DNA from: Caecitellus pseudoparvulus
Lineage: Eukaryota; Protista; Bigyra: Bicosoecida
Length of the DNA: 64,000 nt
Direction: 5' to 3'
Assembly (NCBI GenBank): GCA_965644315.1
Contig: CBFFRQ010000043.1
Span: 558,001 to 622,000 of the forward strand
Shown: positions 12,438-23,456 of the stretch, piece by piece
Layout: each line of letters opens with the position of its first letter
Numbering within the stretch: the stretch's first letter is position 1
Program-made: the position numbers and the translations under genes
Notes under the pieces: generated by a model
Seen by the model: only the letters and a program-made list of their open reading frames with translations
Database searches by the model: none
What the model was told of the DNA's origin: nothing

Positions 12438-15221
12438 ATGAGCGGGAGGGACACTGAAGCGGGGTCGACAGCGAGCGAGCACCCAGGCACAGAATTGCCT
12501 GGGAACCCACCCACAACTCACCGACGGCGGCGCACGGAAGCCACTGGGCATTCGACCACAGCAGAGTCAGAACAACCAAGCGGAGATGGCGACGCTGACC
12601 ACCGTGGGCAGCCTGGAACAGGCCTCACCAGCGCCGAGGCTGGCGCCGATGCGGCCCCGCAACTTGTTGGCAGCAGTTTGAGCGCGCCGCGTGTGGCGCT
12701 GGCCGACGACGGCGCCCCTGAATCCCTGACGCTGAAGATGCTACCACGCGCGTCATACCGGGTGTCCAAGATCGTCGCCAAGTGCAGTTCTGCGTTGGAC
12801 CAGATCAAGTTTGTGTACGACGACGACAGCGTGTGGAGTGTCGGGCACGACTCCGGCAGGTCGGCACCTGCTGCAGTGTTGGTGGAGGGGGAGCACATCC
12901 ACAAGGTGCGACACGAGCAATTTCTGAACAACCGCTGTGCCGGGGCGTCCCTGGAAGTCACGACGAACATGGGGCGGCGCTTTGCCTTCGCCGGCCGCTC
13001 CCTCGCCACCGGCTGGTCCAGCGAGGCGACCAGCGTCACCGCTGAGCCCGGCTGCGAAATCGTCTCCTTGGTCGTGCGCAGGGGCGTGCTGCGAGGCACG
13101 GTGCAGCAGCCTGCTGCCCCTGCGCTGCACGAGGGCCCCGTGGCAGAGTGGTACACCATCGTGTCCATGGCGGAGGACGGCGGTGTGGAGACGCAGCACC
13201 ACTTCACCTGGCGCAGTGCCCGCAGCGCCTGGGCTGCCACGCAGCAAGATGTCACCACAGCAGAGGCAGGGGCAGCACTCCTCACAGACACATTGGCACG
13301 GAGAGTCATCCGCAACGTCGGCAGTGCAGCGGCGGTGAAGCTGGCGCACACGGCAGCCGTGAAGGCAGGTCTGGCGGCCACGGCAGGAGACCCCGACGTG
13401 GACTTCAAGCAGGTGGCGGTGGTGCTGTGGAGCCTGCTGTCCCAGGACTGGGGGGACACGGCCATCTTCCTCCTCGTCGCGTGCCTGGTCATGGCGTCAT
13501 CGTGGTTCACCGTGCGCTCGCGAGTGCTGTCCGGGAAAGTGGCCATGGCGGTGACTCTGCCCAACATCACCCGCAGCGCCCTGCAGGACAACTGGGTCGC
13601 CGACGGCTTCTGCAACCACCTATTCGGGAACTGCGACGACGACTCAGTCAGCGTGCGGTACGCGTTCATCCTCACCTTCGTCACGCTCAAGTCGCTGGCG
13701 GCGGTGATCAAGGCGCTGGAGATTTTTCTGCAGGCATACGTGGGTCGCCTGCGCCAGAACAGGCTGGTGCTGACGGTGTTCTCGAAAATCATGCGGCTGG
13801 ACATGTCCTTCTACGACACGCACTCCATCCAGGATGTGACGGCGGCCATGGGCGTGTCGTCCGTGCACGACACGCTGCTGAACAGCGTGCCCAGCGTGCT
13901 GCACGGCGCCAGCACGGTGCTGTCGACGGCGTACATGATGGCGCAGATCTCCCTGCCGATTTCCATCGTCTTTGTGTGCGGCACGGTGGCCATGAAGTAT
14001 GGACTGCACCTGGCGAGTCAGGCCAACCGCGCCGTGCAGCTGGTGCAAAGCAAGCTCAGCATGCTGTCCAACCAGGTGAAGATGGAGCCCCTGGAGCACG
14101 CGCTGACGGTGAAGACCATGGGCAAGGAGGAGTACCATGTGGAGCAGTACGCGGCCATCAAGGCGCGCCAGGCGGCGCACGACATGCAGAGTGCCGTGGT
14201 GAAGAGCCTGGTGCAGGGCGTGGTGTTCGGCGTCGCGGACGTCGCCATCATGGGCGTCATCTACGCCATGGTCATCCACACCTTCAACAGTGGGGACTCC
14301 TCTGCCTCGGACGTCGTGTCCTTCCTGTCCCTCGCGGACACGGGGCGCGCCGGCATCTCCAAGCTGCGCGGCGCAGTGCGGTCGCTGACGCAGAACCTGC
14401 CCAAGCTGGAGCGTTTCTGGGCCCTCATGGAGAAGCAGCCCGCCATCACGTCGGGCTCCCGCCGGCCGAAATCGGTGGCAGGCGACTACGTCTTCGACAA
14501 TGTGCACTTTGCGTACCCTGCGCGGCCGGGGCAGGAGGCGTTGCGGGGCGTGTCGTTTTCCATTCGGTCGGGGGCCATGACGGCCATCGTGGGGGACAGC
14601 GGCGCAGGCAAAAGCACCATCACGAAGCTGCTGCTGCGCCTGTACGACCCCAGCAGCGGCACCGTGTCCCTGGACGGCGTGGACCTGCGCGAGTGGGACA
14701 CGACCTACTTGCGCCAGCACATTGCAGTTGTGAACCAGGACCCGGCCCTGTTCAACGCATCCCTGGCGGAGAACATCGCCTATGGCAGCGTGGATGGGGT
14801 GTATGACTTGGAGGCAGTGGAGGGTGCCGCTCGGCAGGCGCGCTGCCACGAGTTCATTGAGGGTTTCCGCGGCGGCTACGATACGTTTGCGGGGGCGGGC
14901 GGCGGGCACATCAGTGGCGGGCAGAAGCAGCGCGTGTCCATCGCACGGGCCATCATGCGGGACCCCGCCATCCTGGTGCTGGACGAAGCGACGTCTGCGC
15001 TGGATGCGGAGAACGAGCGGCTGGTGCAGGGCGCGCTGGAGGCTGCCATGGCAGGCCGCACCATCGTCGTGGTGGCGCACCGCCTGTCCACGGTGGTGAA
15101 TGCGGACCACATCATTTGCATGAAAGCAGGGCGAGTTGTGGAGGAGGGCAGCCATGCCAGCCTCATGGCGCTCAAGGGGCACTATGCCCAGCTTGTCTCC
15201 ACCCAGCTCGTGCAGCGTTGA
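12438..15221 (+). CDS. ABCB-family half transporter with N-terminal jacalin-like domain
   Basis: TMD followed by NBD: Walker A GDSGAGKST, signature ISGGQKQR, Walker B ILVLDEATSALD, H-loop VAHRLST. The N-terminal beta-rich segment resembles a jacalin repeat. Confidence 0.9.
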   Translation: MSGRDTEAGSTASEHPGTELPGNPPTTHRRRRTEATGHSTTAESEQPSGDGDADHRGQPGTGLTSAEAGADAAPQLVGSSLSAPRVALADDGAPESLTLKMLPRASYRVSKIVAKCSSALDQIKFVYDDDSVWSVGHDSGRSAPAAVLVEGEHIHKVRHEQFLNNRCAGASLEVTTNMGRRFAFAGRSLATGWSSEATSVTAEPGCEIVSLVVRRGVLRGTVQQPAAPALHEGPVAEWYTIVSMAEDGGVETQHHFTWRSARSAWAATQQDVTTAEAGAALLTDTLARRVIRNVGSAAAVKLAHTAAVKAGLAATAGDPDVDFKQVAVVLWSLLSQDWGDTAIFLLVACLVMASSWFTVRSRVLSGKVAMAVTLPNITRSALQDNWVADGFCNHLFGNCDDDSVSVRYAFILTFVTLKSLAAVIKALEIFLQAYVGRLRQNRLVLTVFSKIMRLDMSFYDTHSIQDVTAAMGVSSVHDTLLNSVPSVLHGASTVLSTAYMMAQISLPISIVFVCGTVAMKYGLHLASQANRAVQLVQSKLSMLSNQVKMEPLEHALTVKTMGKEEYHVEQYAAIKARQAAHDMQSAVVKSLVQGVVFGVADVAIMGVIYAMVIHTFNSGDSSASDVVSFLSLADTGRAGISKLRGAVRSLTQNLPKLERFWALMEKQPAITSGSRRPKSVAGDYVFDNVHFAYPARPGQEALRGVSFSIRSGAMTAIVGDSGAGKSTITKLLLRLYDPSSGTVSLDGVDLREWDTTYLRQHIAVVNQDPALFNASLAENIAYGSVDGVYDLEAVEGAARQARCHEFIEGFRGGYDTFAGAGGGHISGGQKQRVSIARAIMRDPAILVLDEATSALDAENERLVQGALEAAMAGRTIVVVAHRLSTVVNADHIICMKAGRVVEEGSHASLMALKGHYAQLVSTQLVQR

Positions 15222-15502
15222 GGTTCCGCAGGCCGCCCCATGCGTTGCAAGCACTTTGAGCGGCTGGCAGCTTCAAGACACACGGGCGCCGCGCTGCCGC
15301 CGCGACCTTCACACAAAATCCAAGCACACAAAAGTTACTCCGCACATTGCACACAGGGCAAGGAGTTCTGGGCCCGCACTCGTCGTTTCTCACCGTATCG
15401 GCGCGAGGGCGGTGGCTGTGCGGATTTTGACCCCCACACCTGCCCACGCGCTGCTCGCCCTCTGGCGAAGCACACAGGCACCAGTGGGGCCCCGCACCCA
15501 TC

Positions 15503-18500
15503 ATGCAGCGAGCAATCATCGGATCCTGGACGGGCAGTGCGAGACACGTGAGCATGCCCCTCAGCTGTCCACCACATGCGTGGTGCTGGCTGCGGAACTT
15601 GGCCTCTCTGCGCCCCTGCAGGTGCTACGGCACGCCCAGGGGGCGATCGAGCGGGCTGGCAACGCAGACGCCGCGGTGATTGTAGCGCCAACATCCACTC
15701 TGAAGACTTGGAGGGCCATCGTGGATGCTCAGTGGCCTGCACCCGTGGCCTCTGCGCGTGTCATGACCCCTGCGCGTTTCGCTTTGGACTGGCTGCGGTG
15801 TGACTTGAAGAGCACCGGCGACGTGCTGGGGCACAACGTCCTGGCGGCGGCCCTGGACAACGGCATGCCTTCTGGCGGCGCTGCCCGCGTCTCCCTGCTC
15901 TCGGCAGCCCAGGCGCGGGCGTTGTTGCAAGAGCACGTGGCGTTGCTGCCGCCGTCGCCGTTTCTGCCGCCCTCCGACCCCCTCAGGTTCATGGGCGCGC
16001 TGCACCGCACGTTCACACAGCTGACGAGGCAGGGTGTGTGCGTCACGCCTGACGCTGCCCCCCCGCCGGGCCTGGACGGTAACATGTGGGCGCTGTACAA
16101 GGCGTGGTGGCGAGTCAAGGGTGAGCCGCCGGCAACGCAGCATGCGCACCTGGCCCTCCCTGCCTGCACCCGCCCCTGCACCCGCCTCCGCCACACAGAG
16201 TCCAATTCGTGTTTGGAGTATGAAGACATTTCTTCCCTCCTCCTCTCCGTGCTTCTCTCAGCAGAGCACCCACAACTGGCACTCGGGCCGCAGACCACCC
16301 CCCTCCACGCACAGCGCACACACCTGCGCCAAGCCCTCGCAGCCGCCGCCAGCAGTGCAGGCGAGGCGCCCCTCGTCGTGGACATGCACGCCATGTCCCC
16401 CGTTGATGCGGCGGTGATGTGCAAGGCTGCCGAGGCGGCGCCGTCTCCCCCCGACCACGTCACCAGCGCGCTGCTGCTGCCACGGGCACTGCAGGGCGAT
16501 GCAGGTGCTGCGGCGCCACAGGGTGATGTGGCCGCCCCCCGCCCTGAGCGTGCCTGGGTGCAGCTGCTTTCGGAAGCCCTGCAACCAGGCACGCAGGCCG
16601 GGCACGGGGTGGTGCACATGTCCGGTCCCAGCAAGGCTGAACGCCCCTTCGCAGCGGCTGCCTGCGTGACCAGCCCCGCCACCCAGGCCCAGGCCGCCGC
16701 TGTCCTGGTGGAGGCGGCCCTGGCGGCGGACAGCAGCGCCCTGGTGGGCATCGCCAGCACCAGCCGTGACTCGGCGTTGGCCGCACAGGGCGCCATCGCC
16801 CAGCGCCTGCCGCAGTGCGTCGTGGAGCGTATTACGCCGCGCAGCCTGGGCGAACTGCCCACCGTGGCGGCCGTCCTCAACTGCCTGCGCCTGGCCTTCC
16901 TGCCCTGCCCCCAGGGCGTCGCAGCGGGCGTGCTGCGGAACTGCGGCCTGCAGCCAGTGGTGGCGGAGGAGCTGGCCAGTCAACTGGCAGTGAATTGTGG
17001 CGACAGGGGGGACAGGTGGCTCCTGGCGGCGGAGGAGTACCTGGAGAGCGACGCGTGCCCGCCTCACCACGCCCAGGCCCTGGCCAAGGTGCTGCGCCTG
17101 CTGGACCTCGCCACCGCCTCCGCCTCCCCCAGCCAGGGCGCCCACGCGCTGCTGGAGGTGCTGGAGGTGCCTGAGGATGAGGGGCACGCCTTCATCTCCC
17201 TGGCGCAGGCCATGGAGGAGGGGCTGCTGCAGCCCGCCCTGGCCTCAGCCAGCACCTCCCGCCAGCGCCTGGATGCGTATGGGCGCTTCCTGGACGGACT
17301 GGAGGCAGCGTGTGACAGCACCCCCCAGGCCACCAGCCTGCTGCCCCGGGCGCTGGAGGCGGGCTTCGCGCCCCACCCGTCGCCTCGGCTGCCTGGCGTG
17401 CTCATGGGCTCCCCCGAGGCCCTGCTGCAGTGCGGGGCCACCTTCACGCACGTCATCCTGCTGGACGCGTCGGCACGCTCCTGGCCAGGGGCGACGCCTC
17501 GCCCCCCCATCCCCCTGGACATGGACCCGACCCCCTCCTGGCTGCCGGACACCGCTGCCGACGTCACGGCACAGCCCCGCTCGCCAGAGGCATGGGCTGA
17601 CCGCCAAGCCGGCGTCCTGGCCGGCTTGGTGGCGTGCACAGACCGCTCGGCGTGGGCGCTGGCCCCCGCCGCCTCCACCGTCGCCCGTGTCCCGGAGCTG
17701 TCCTCCCAGCAGGCAGTGCGTGTGGCCACGGCCCGGCGCACGTCCAAGGTGTCCCCCCACGTGCTGCAGGCGTGGGGCCTCACGCACACAGAGGCCGTGG
17801 CGGTGCAGGAGCAGCGCGCCCCCTCGCCTGCCAGTGGCATGACCCTGGGCCCCTTCACAGACGCCCTGCCGTACATCTCCATGTCGCGCCTGAACGAGTT
17901 CGGCGTCTGCCCTCAGCGCTACAAGCTGTCCCACATCGACGGCATCCGGGGCGCCTCCGCCCCCGTGGCGCAGTACGGCAAGGCCCTGCACCACGTCGCC
18001 GCCCTGTTGGGGCACATGCAGGTGCTGCACGAGGCGGTGGCGGGGTGGGTGCCCCCGCCCGCCGCCGCGACAGCCCTGGACCTCCGAGAGCGCCTGGCGG
18101 CGGCGTCCTCCGCAGTGGTGGTGGCGCGGCCCACCCTGGCCTCCCGCGCCGAGGAGCAGGCTGCCGTGCACGAGGAGGCAGGGCGGGTTCTGGCGGGCCT
18201 GGCGGAGGCGGGTGACCGGGAACACTACCTCCTCGCAGCCCTGCGTGAGGCGGCAACGGCAGTCTGGCCCACCACCACCGCCACCAGCAGCACCGCCGCC
18301 ACCTCCCACGACAAGCAGCTGCGGCACGCGCTGGATGCAGCGCTGCAGCGGCTGGCCAGTGCCGCGGCGGGGTCGTGGCTGGCTGCCCTGCAGCCCACGC
18401 CAGGGCTGGTGTCTGTGCCCCTGGCCGTGGAGATGCCCCTCGCGGTGCCCGTGGCAACGCTCCTGGCCCAGGTGTGTGACGAGGCCACGCTGTCCGCGCT

Positions 18501-18975
18501 GCCGCCTGACTTCCCCATGGTGGGCGTGCTGGACCGTGTGGACGCCCTGCTGCACCCGGACACGGGCGCCCTGCAGACCATCGTCGCGACGGACTTCAAG
18601 TGCGCCCAGCAGTGGCGGGGGCCATCCCTGCACGGGACACGCCAGGCCATCCCCCCCAGCACACCCACTCGCAAGCAGCTGCTGGCGTACACTGCCATGC
18701 TGCGCCAGGCGCTGCCCGACAGCGAGGGCGTGCCCATCCTGGCCCGGGTGGGGGCGCTGGAGGTGCTGGACACCCTGGGGCCGCGGCACGCCTCCCCCGG
18801 CATCGAGTACGCGGAGCAGTTGTGGAAACCCACCGTGCGCACGCAGCAAGGGCTGGCAGCGGACATTTTGAACCTGGTCAGCGGCGTCGCGTCAGGGGTC
18901 TTCCCGCCCTCCCCCTCGGCGTTCAAGTGCCGGTCCTGCCACCAGGCGCACGCCTGCGAGCATGCCGCGCTGTAG
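15503..18975 (+). CDS. Degenerate UvrD/AddB/AdnA-like helicase fold fused to a PD-(D/E)XK nuclease with Fe-S cysteines
   Basis: Predicted exon 15503-15547, intron 15548-15621 and in-frame intron ~16121-16198. C-terminal motifs: ISMSRLNEFGVCPQRY, YGKALH, VEMPL, GVLDRVD, TDFK, QLLAY, CRSCHQAHAC. Confidence 0.78.
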
Positions 18976-19173
18976 AGCATGGCCAGGGGGCAGCAATGCA
19001 AGGCACGCCCGCCCAAGCTGTGCGCGTGTGGCTGCTGCGTGGGCGCGGCGCCCGCAACGTGCATTGAGACCTGACGCTGAGCGGAGCGGCGCTCCATGCC
19101 CCGCCCGAAGGCTGCACGTGAGCACCCCTGCACTGCCACCCAGCAGGCAACGGGTCACGCCTGCATGCCACCC

Positions 19174-19632
19174 TCACTCCTTCTCCTCCTCCACGTCCTT
19201 GCCCTCCAAGCTGCCTGCGTCGGCGAGGTCGGCCGCGGCCACCTTGCCCTCCTCCGCGTCGCCCGCCATGGTGGACATGGCGTTGGCCTCCTCGTCCAAG
19301 GACTGGAAACACACCACGAAAAAGGGCTTCTGGCCCGGGCGCTGCAGCTTGAAGAAGCACACGTGCCCCGTCTGGTTCGTGATGGAGCAGCCGAAGGCCT
19401 GCCCCACCACCACATGCCAAATGCCGCCGTTGGACGCCTCCATGCCCCGCTTGATGGCCATCGCAGCGTCCTTCTCCAGACTGTGTGCTGTCAGGGCACT
19501 GCGTGCGTGCTCGTACAGCTCGTCGCTCATGGAGGGCGGCATGTCACTCCGCAAAATGGTGGGCTCGCCCCAATCTTTCATCGCGTCATCGCCACCGCTG
19601 GCTGCAGGTCCACCTGCTGCAGTCCCTGACAT
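19174..19632 (-). CDS. Dynein light chain type 1 (LC8/DNAL4-like)
   Basis: ILRSDMPPSM...LEKDAAMAIKRGME...WHVVVGQAFGCSIT is the Dynein_light motif. Confidence 0.88.
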   Translation of the reverse strand: MSGTAAGGPAASGGDDAMKDWGEPTILRSDMPPSMSDELYEHARSALTAHSLEKDAAMAIKRGMEASNGGIWHVVVGQAFGCSITNQTGHVCFFKLQRPGQKPFFVVCFQSLDEEANAMSTMAGDAEEGKVAAADLADAGSLEGKDVEEEKE

Positions 19633-19860
19633 GGTGGCACAGCAATGGTCCAGCAGAAATGCACAGTCTAAGCGCAGTCACTGAGCTCAGCAAGAGCAGC
19701 AGTGGCTGCTTTGCGGAGGCTGAGGAGTGTGCCGGCTGCCGCCTGGCGTGGTGCTGCACGCCGCTGCCTCTGCGCCGATGGCGAAGCGCACCGCTGAGCC
19801 GCGGGCAAGTTGTTGCTGCGTGTGCACTAGATTGGACTATTCAGATGACTGAAGTTTTGT

Positions 19861-20106
19861 ATTTCGGTTGGGAATTGGCGTCATGTGGCGAGACGCCCAC
19901 TGCACGGTGTGTAGCCTAGCCCGCCCTCTTCGGCTTGTGTCCAGAATAGGCGATTGCCGGGGTTTCCATAAGGGGCGTGAAGCCCCCCCTCATTGTCAGA
20001 TGGGCACAGCTCGGTAGGGCAGGCCTCCACCCCTCACGCGCTCCTCGAAACCGTTGGTACACGCGCTCGTGAGGCGTCATGTTACCTTTACCAAGACCAA
20101 CCAAAT
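19861..20106 (+). ncRNA. Candidate structured non-coding RNA (unassigned)
   Basis: Intergenic region with terminal pairing atttcggttgg/ccaaccaaat and several nested helices containing + strand G-U pairs. I could not recognise a family. Confidence 0.3.
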
Positions 20107-20607
20107 CCAGGCTGTTTTCACGGCCAACTCCGAGATGCAGCAGCAGCTCACTTCTGCTCCTGCCCGCGCACGAAGGGGCGCTCCAGCATGTGCAGCTCCT
20201 TCTTGGTCATGAGTACCCACTACGGGCGCCCGTTGTCGGACAGCTTGGGTCCAGCGCGCTTGCCGCCTCTCGCAGCGAATGTGCGATCCTCCAAGTCAAT
20301 GAAGTGCCCGCGCAAGGCCTAGGAGGACTTGAGCTTGCTGCAGCCCCCTCTGTCAGCTGCCGCCACCCCGAACGATGGCAGTTGCCTGTGGATTGCCGCG
20401 TGTTGTCAGGACAGCTGGCCAACAAGGGCCGCAGCACAGATGGGACCGCAGCGCAAAACGCCGACGCACGGGGTTTGTGCTCCAGCTTGCATTTGCCACG
20501 CAAGCGACGTAGTGTTTCCACTTGCTGCATCGCCCGAATCCAGCAGTGCATCGCCAGGCACTGCTTCCCTGGCTCTGGTTTACCTGCGTTTCGCCGTCGT
20601 TTCGCAC

Positions 20608-23292
20608 ATGCTGCGCACGGCGCAACGCGTGCTGTGGCATGGCCAATTCTTGGCGAGCCAGCTGGCATCACGGCGCACATGCTTGGAGGGACCACCTGCC
20701 GCCCGATGCATCAGCCAAGCCACCTCACGCAGCCGAGTGCGCGTGCATGTGCCTTTCAAAGAGTGCTTGAACGAGGCCGAGGTGCTGGAGCTCGCCTTGG
20801 CGCACTGGAAGACCCTGGACGCTCGCCACTGCACAGCAGCGCTGCAGCAGCTGGCCCTGCGCTCCCGACGCCACTTTGGCATGGGCCCGCGCGTCAACGT
20901 GGCTGTGCGCCCCGAGCTGCTGCTGCTGCTGCAGCGCACGGCGGACGAGCTGGCCGCGACACGCGGCGCTGGCCTGCCAGTGCAGCACATGGCCATGTCC
21001 GTACTGCAGGTGTGCGGCGCCATGTGGCACCTGCGCCACCCCGCCGCCATTGCTGCGTCCGAGTGTCTGCTGCGTGGGCGAGTGGCGGAGGGGCAGCAGG
21101 CGCTTCAAGTGCTGCGGGTGGGCCAGACACTGGCAGCTTTCCTGCAGGCGGAGGAGGGTGGTGCCGTGCGCCAGCACGCAGAGGCGCTGCTGCACCTGTC
21201 CCCCAGCATCGAGGACGCCGTGCGCAACGCGACACACGTCACACTGGCCTCCAACGTCCCCGTGACGCTGGTGCGTTTCGCCGCCCTCCACGCGGCCGCC
21301 CGCCAGCGAGGGGACGGCGAGGTGCAGGCGGCAGCCGCAGGCATCATGCAGGCGTGTCTGGCGGCGCTGGCACAAGCAGGCCCCCTGCCCGCCTCTGTCT
21401 TGCGCCCGGTGTTGGACAACCTGTGCGCGCTGAGCAGCTGTGAGGGGCGTGAGGAGGCGGCGGTGGTGGGGCGAGTGGTGCAGTGGCTGGGCGCGGCGGC
21501 GGAGGATGAGGGCGCCCCCCTGCCGCCCCGCCTCATCGCCACCCTGGCCCAGCGCGAGCCCCAGCTGCGCCACCTCACCGCCGCCTCCTCCTCTGCCGCC
21601 ACTGCTGTGGGCACCGCCTTCGCCGCGGTTGCTCAGCGCCTGGCAGGCACCGTGGCAGGGCACGCCGTCGCTGTGCGAGAGGGCCGCGACGCGGAGGCGG
21701 CCACACTGGCGCAGTACCTCTCCAGCTGCCTGCAGTGGACGGCAGCGCTGTTGGAAGGCGACACGGGGCGGCGGAACTCCCCTGGCTCGGGCTCCTCCGC
21801 CCTCTTGCCGCTGCTGGCAGAGGCGCTTGCGACGCCGGTGGAGCCGGGGTCGCACGGCGACCTGCTCTGTCGCCTGGACCTGCGCCTGTCCTCGGGCCTC
21901 GCCTGCATCGCCCAAGCTGGGAGGGGTGGGGGACACGCCCTCAAGACCCGCCTCCTGCACAGCCTGCCCTTCCACCTGCCCTCTAACGGTCACAGCGCCA
22001 CGGACAGCCTGAGGGTGGCCAGGGGTCTGGCTCAGCTGGCCACGGCACCCCCCCCTGACTGCACCTCCCACAGTGCCCTGTCCACGCCCCTGGCAGGCGT
22101 GGTGGGGGCGGCCCGAGCGGCACTGCCAGAGGCCGGCGCCCCCACGGGCGTCGCGGGGGGCGGGGAGGCGGGGGCGACTCACCTGTCTGCTGCCGACGCC
22201 GCGGCAGTGCAGAGCGCCCTGCTGGCGCGGGCCGTGCAGGGCATGGGGCGGTCGCCGCGACTGACGACGCCCCCCATTTGCTGCGACGCGGCGCTGTCTG
22301 CGTTACTCCTGCTGCAGAGCGGGCAGGGGGGGGGGGCGGACGCCGCCGCCGCACCACCCCACGCCGACACACACGCGCCAGCTGTAGCGGCGGGCCAGGC
22401 CCTCAGCGCTCTCGGCAGCGCCTTGCACGGCAATGCGCTGGGGCATGCCCTGTGCCTGGCACCCGAGTTGGTGGTGGGGGCGGCCACACTAGCCACGGCG
22501 GCGGGCTCCACAGGGCCCCAGCTGTGGCTGCCCCTCCTCCGCATCGCCCTGTGCCGGGCGCCTCTGCTGAGTCGGGACCAGTTGGCGCGTGTGTTGGCGG
22601 GGCCGCTGCTGGCAGCACGCGTGCCCCCCCTCGTGCGCAGCGCCAGCCACTCAGCCCTGGCGCCCGCCCACGACACGACCTGCTTGCAGCTGGCTGGGTG
22701 GCTAGCTCAGGCGCCGGGCCTGCCCAAGGTCAAGGCGTGGCGCAACCTGTGGCGCCCATGGCTGAAGCAGAGCCCCAAGGCAGCGTCGTCACTGGACCCC
22801 CCCCCGCCCCTGGGGGACTGCGTCGTCCCCGGCGTCCCCTTAACGGCTGCCTGGGCCCTGGCCCTGCGACCTGGCCCAGACGGGGACGCCACCCCCCCCA
22901 GCACCATCTCGGCGGCCAAGGCGGTGTTGCGGCAGGTGGTGGGGGAGGAGGGGGGCGGCACCCTGCTGCATGCGGCAGGGGGCTGGGCGCTGCACCACCT
23001 GAACGGGGACAGCGCACCCCCTGCCCCTGACGCGTGGTTCTGCCCCCCTGAGGCGCTGGCGCGGCTGTACTGCCGGCATGAGGTGGCGCTTCTGCACGCC
23101 CACGCCGCGACAGCCAGCGAGGAGCAGGCTGGCGTGCCCCTGGGCGCACCGGATGTGCAGGAGGAGGCCACGCGGCTGACCATTGCCGAAGTGCTGGGGG
23201 ACCTGCAGCCGGGCTCCCTGGACCCCGACTCGGGGCGCGCCCCACGGCTGCATGTGGATGCGCTGCGCAAGCTGGCTGCGTACTCTCCGTGA
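20608..23292 (+). CDS. Uncharacterised alpha-helical protein, possible mitochondrial targeting peptide
   Basis: Long ORF with genome-typical codon usage. The N-terminus MLRTAQRVLWHGQFLASQLASRR is Arg-rich and acid-free. No catalytic motifs recognised. Confidence 0.6.
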   Translation: MLRTAQRVLWHGQFLASQLASRRTCLEGPPAARCISQATSRSRVRVHVPFKECLNEAEVLELALAHWKTLDARHCTAALQQLALRSRRHFGMGPRVNVAVRPELLLLLQRTADELAATRGAGLPVQHMAMSVLQVCGAMWHLRHPAAIAASECLLRGRVAEGQQALQVLRVGQTLAAFLQAEEGGAVRQHAEALLHLSPSIEDAVRNATHVTLASNVPVTLVRFAALHAAARQRGDGEVQAAAAGIMQACLAALAQAGPLPASVLRPVLDNLCALSSCEGREEAAVVGRVVQWLGAAAEDEGAPLPPRLIATLAQREPQLRHLTAASSSAATAVGTAFAAVAQRLAGTVAGHAVAVREGRDAEAATLAQYLSSCLQWTAALLEGDTGRRNSPGSGSSALLPLLAEALATPVEPGSHGDLLCRLDLRLSSGLACIAQAGRGGGHALKTRLLHSLPFHLPSNGHSATDSLRVARGLAQLATAPPPDCTSHSALSTPLAGVVGAARAALPEAGAPTGVAGGGEAGATHLSAADAAAVQSALLARAVQGMGRSPRLTTPPICCDAALSALLLLQSGQGGGADAAAAPPHADTHAPAVAAGQALSALGSALHGNALGHALCLAPELVVGAATLATAAGSTGPQLWLPLLRIALCRAPLLSRDQLARVLAGPLLAARVPPLVRSASHSALAPAHDTTCLQLAGWLAQAPGLPKVKAWRNLWRPWLKQSPKAASSLDPPPPLGDCVVPGVPLTAAWALALRPGPDGDATPPSTISAAKAVLRQVVGEEGGGTLLHAAGGWALHHLNGDSAPPAPDAWFCPPEALARLYCRHEVALLHAHAATASEEQAGVPLGAPDVQEEATRLTIAEVLGDLQPGSLDPDSGRAPRLHVDALRKLAAYSP

Positions 23293-23456
23293 GGGGGGCG
23301 GGGCTCGCGGGCGCAGGGCAAACAATGCAACGCGGCAATTCCGCAACTGAAAGTAAACAACGTATTGGGACTGGGCCTCTCTGCTCAACCTGGGCCAGCA
23401 GGAGGCTGCCTGGTGGCGTGCACAGCCGCGTTTCGGCGGCGTTTTGCACGGCCCAC

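Noticed and set aside
17860-18975. Cas4
   Set aside because: It shares the Fe-S PD-(D/E)XK fold, but it is fused to a UvrD-like region and there is no CRISPR context.
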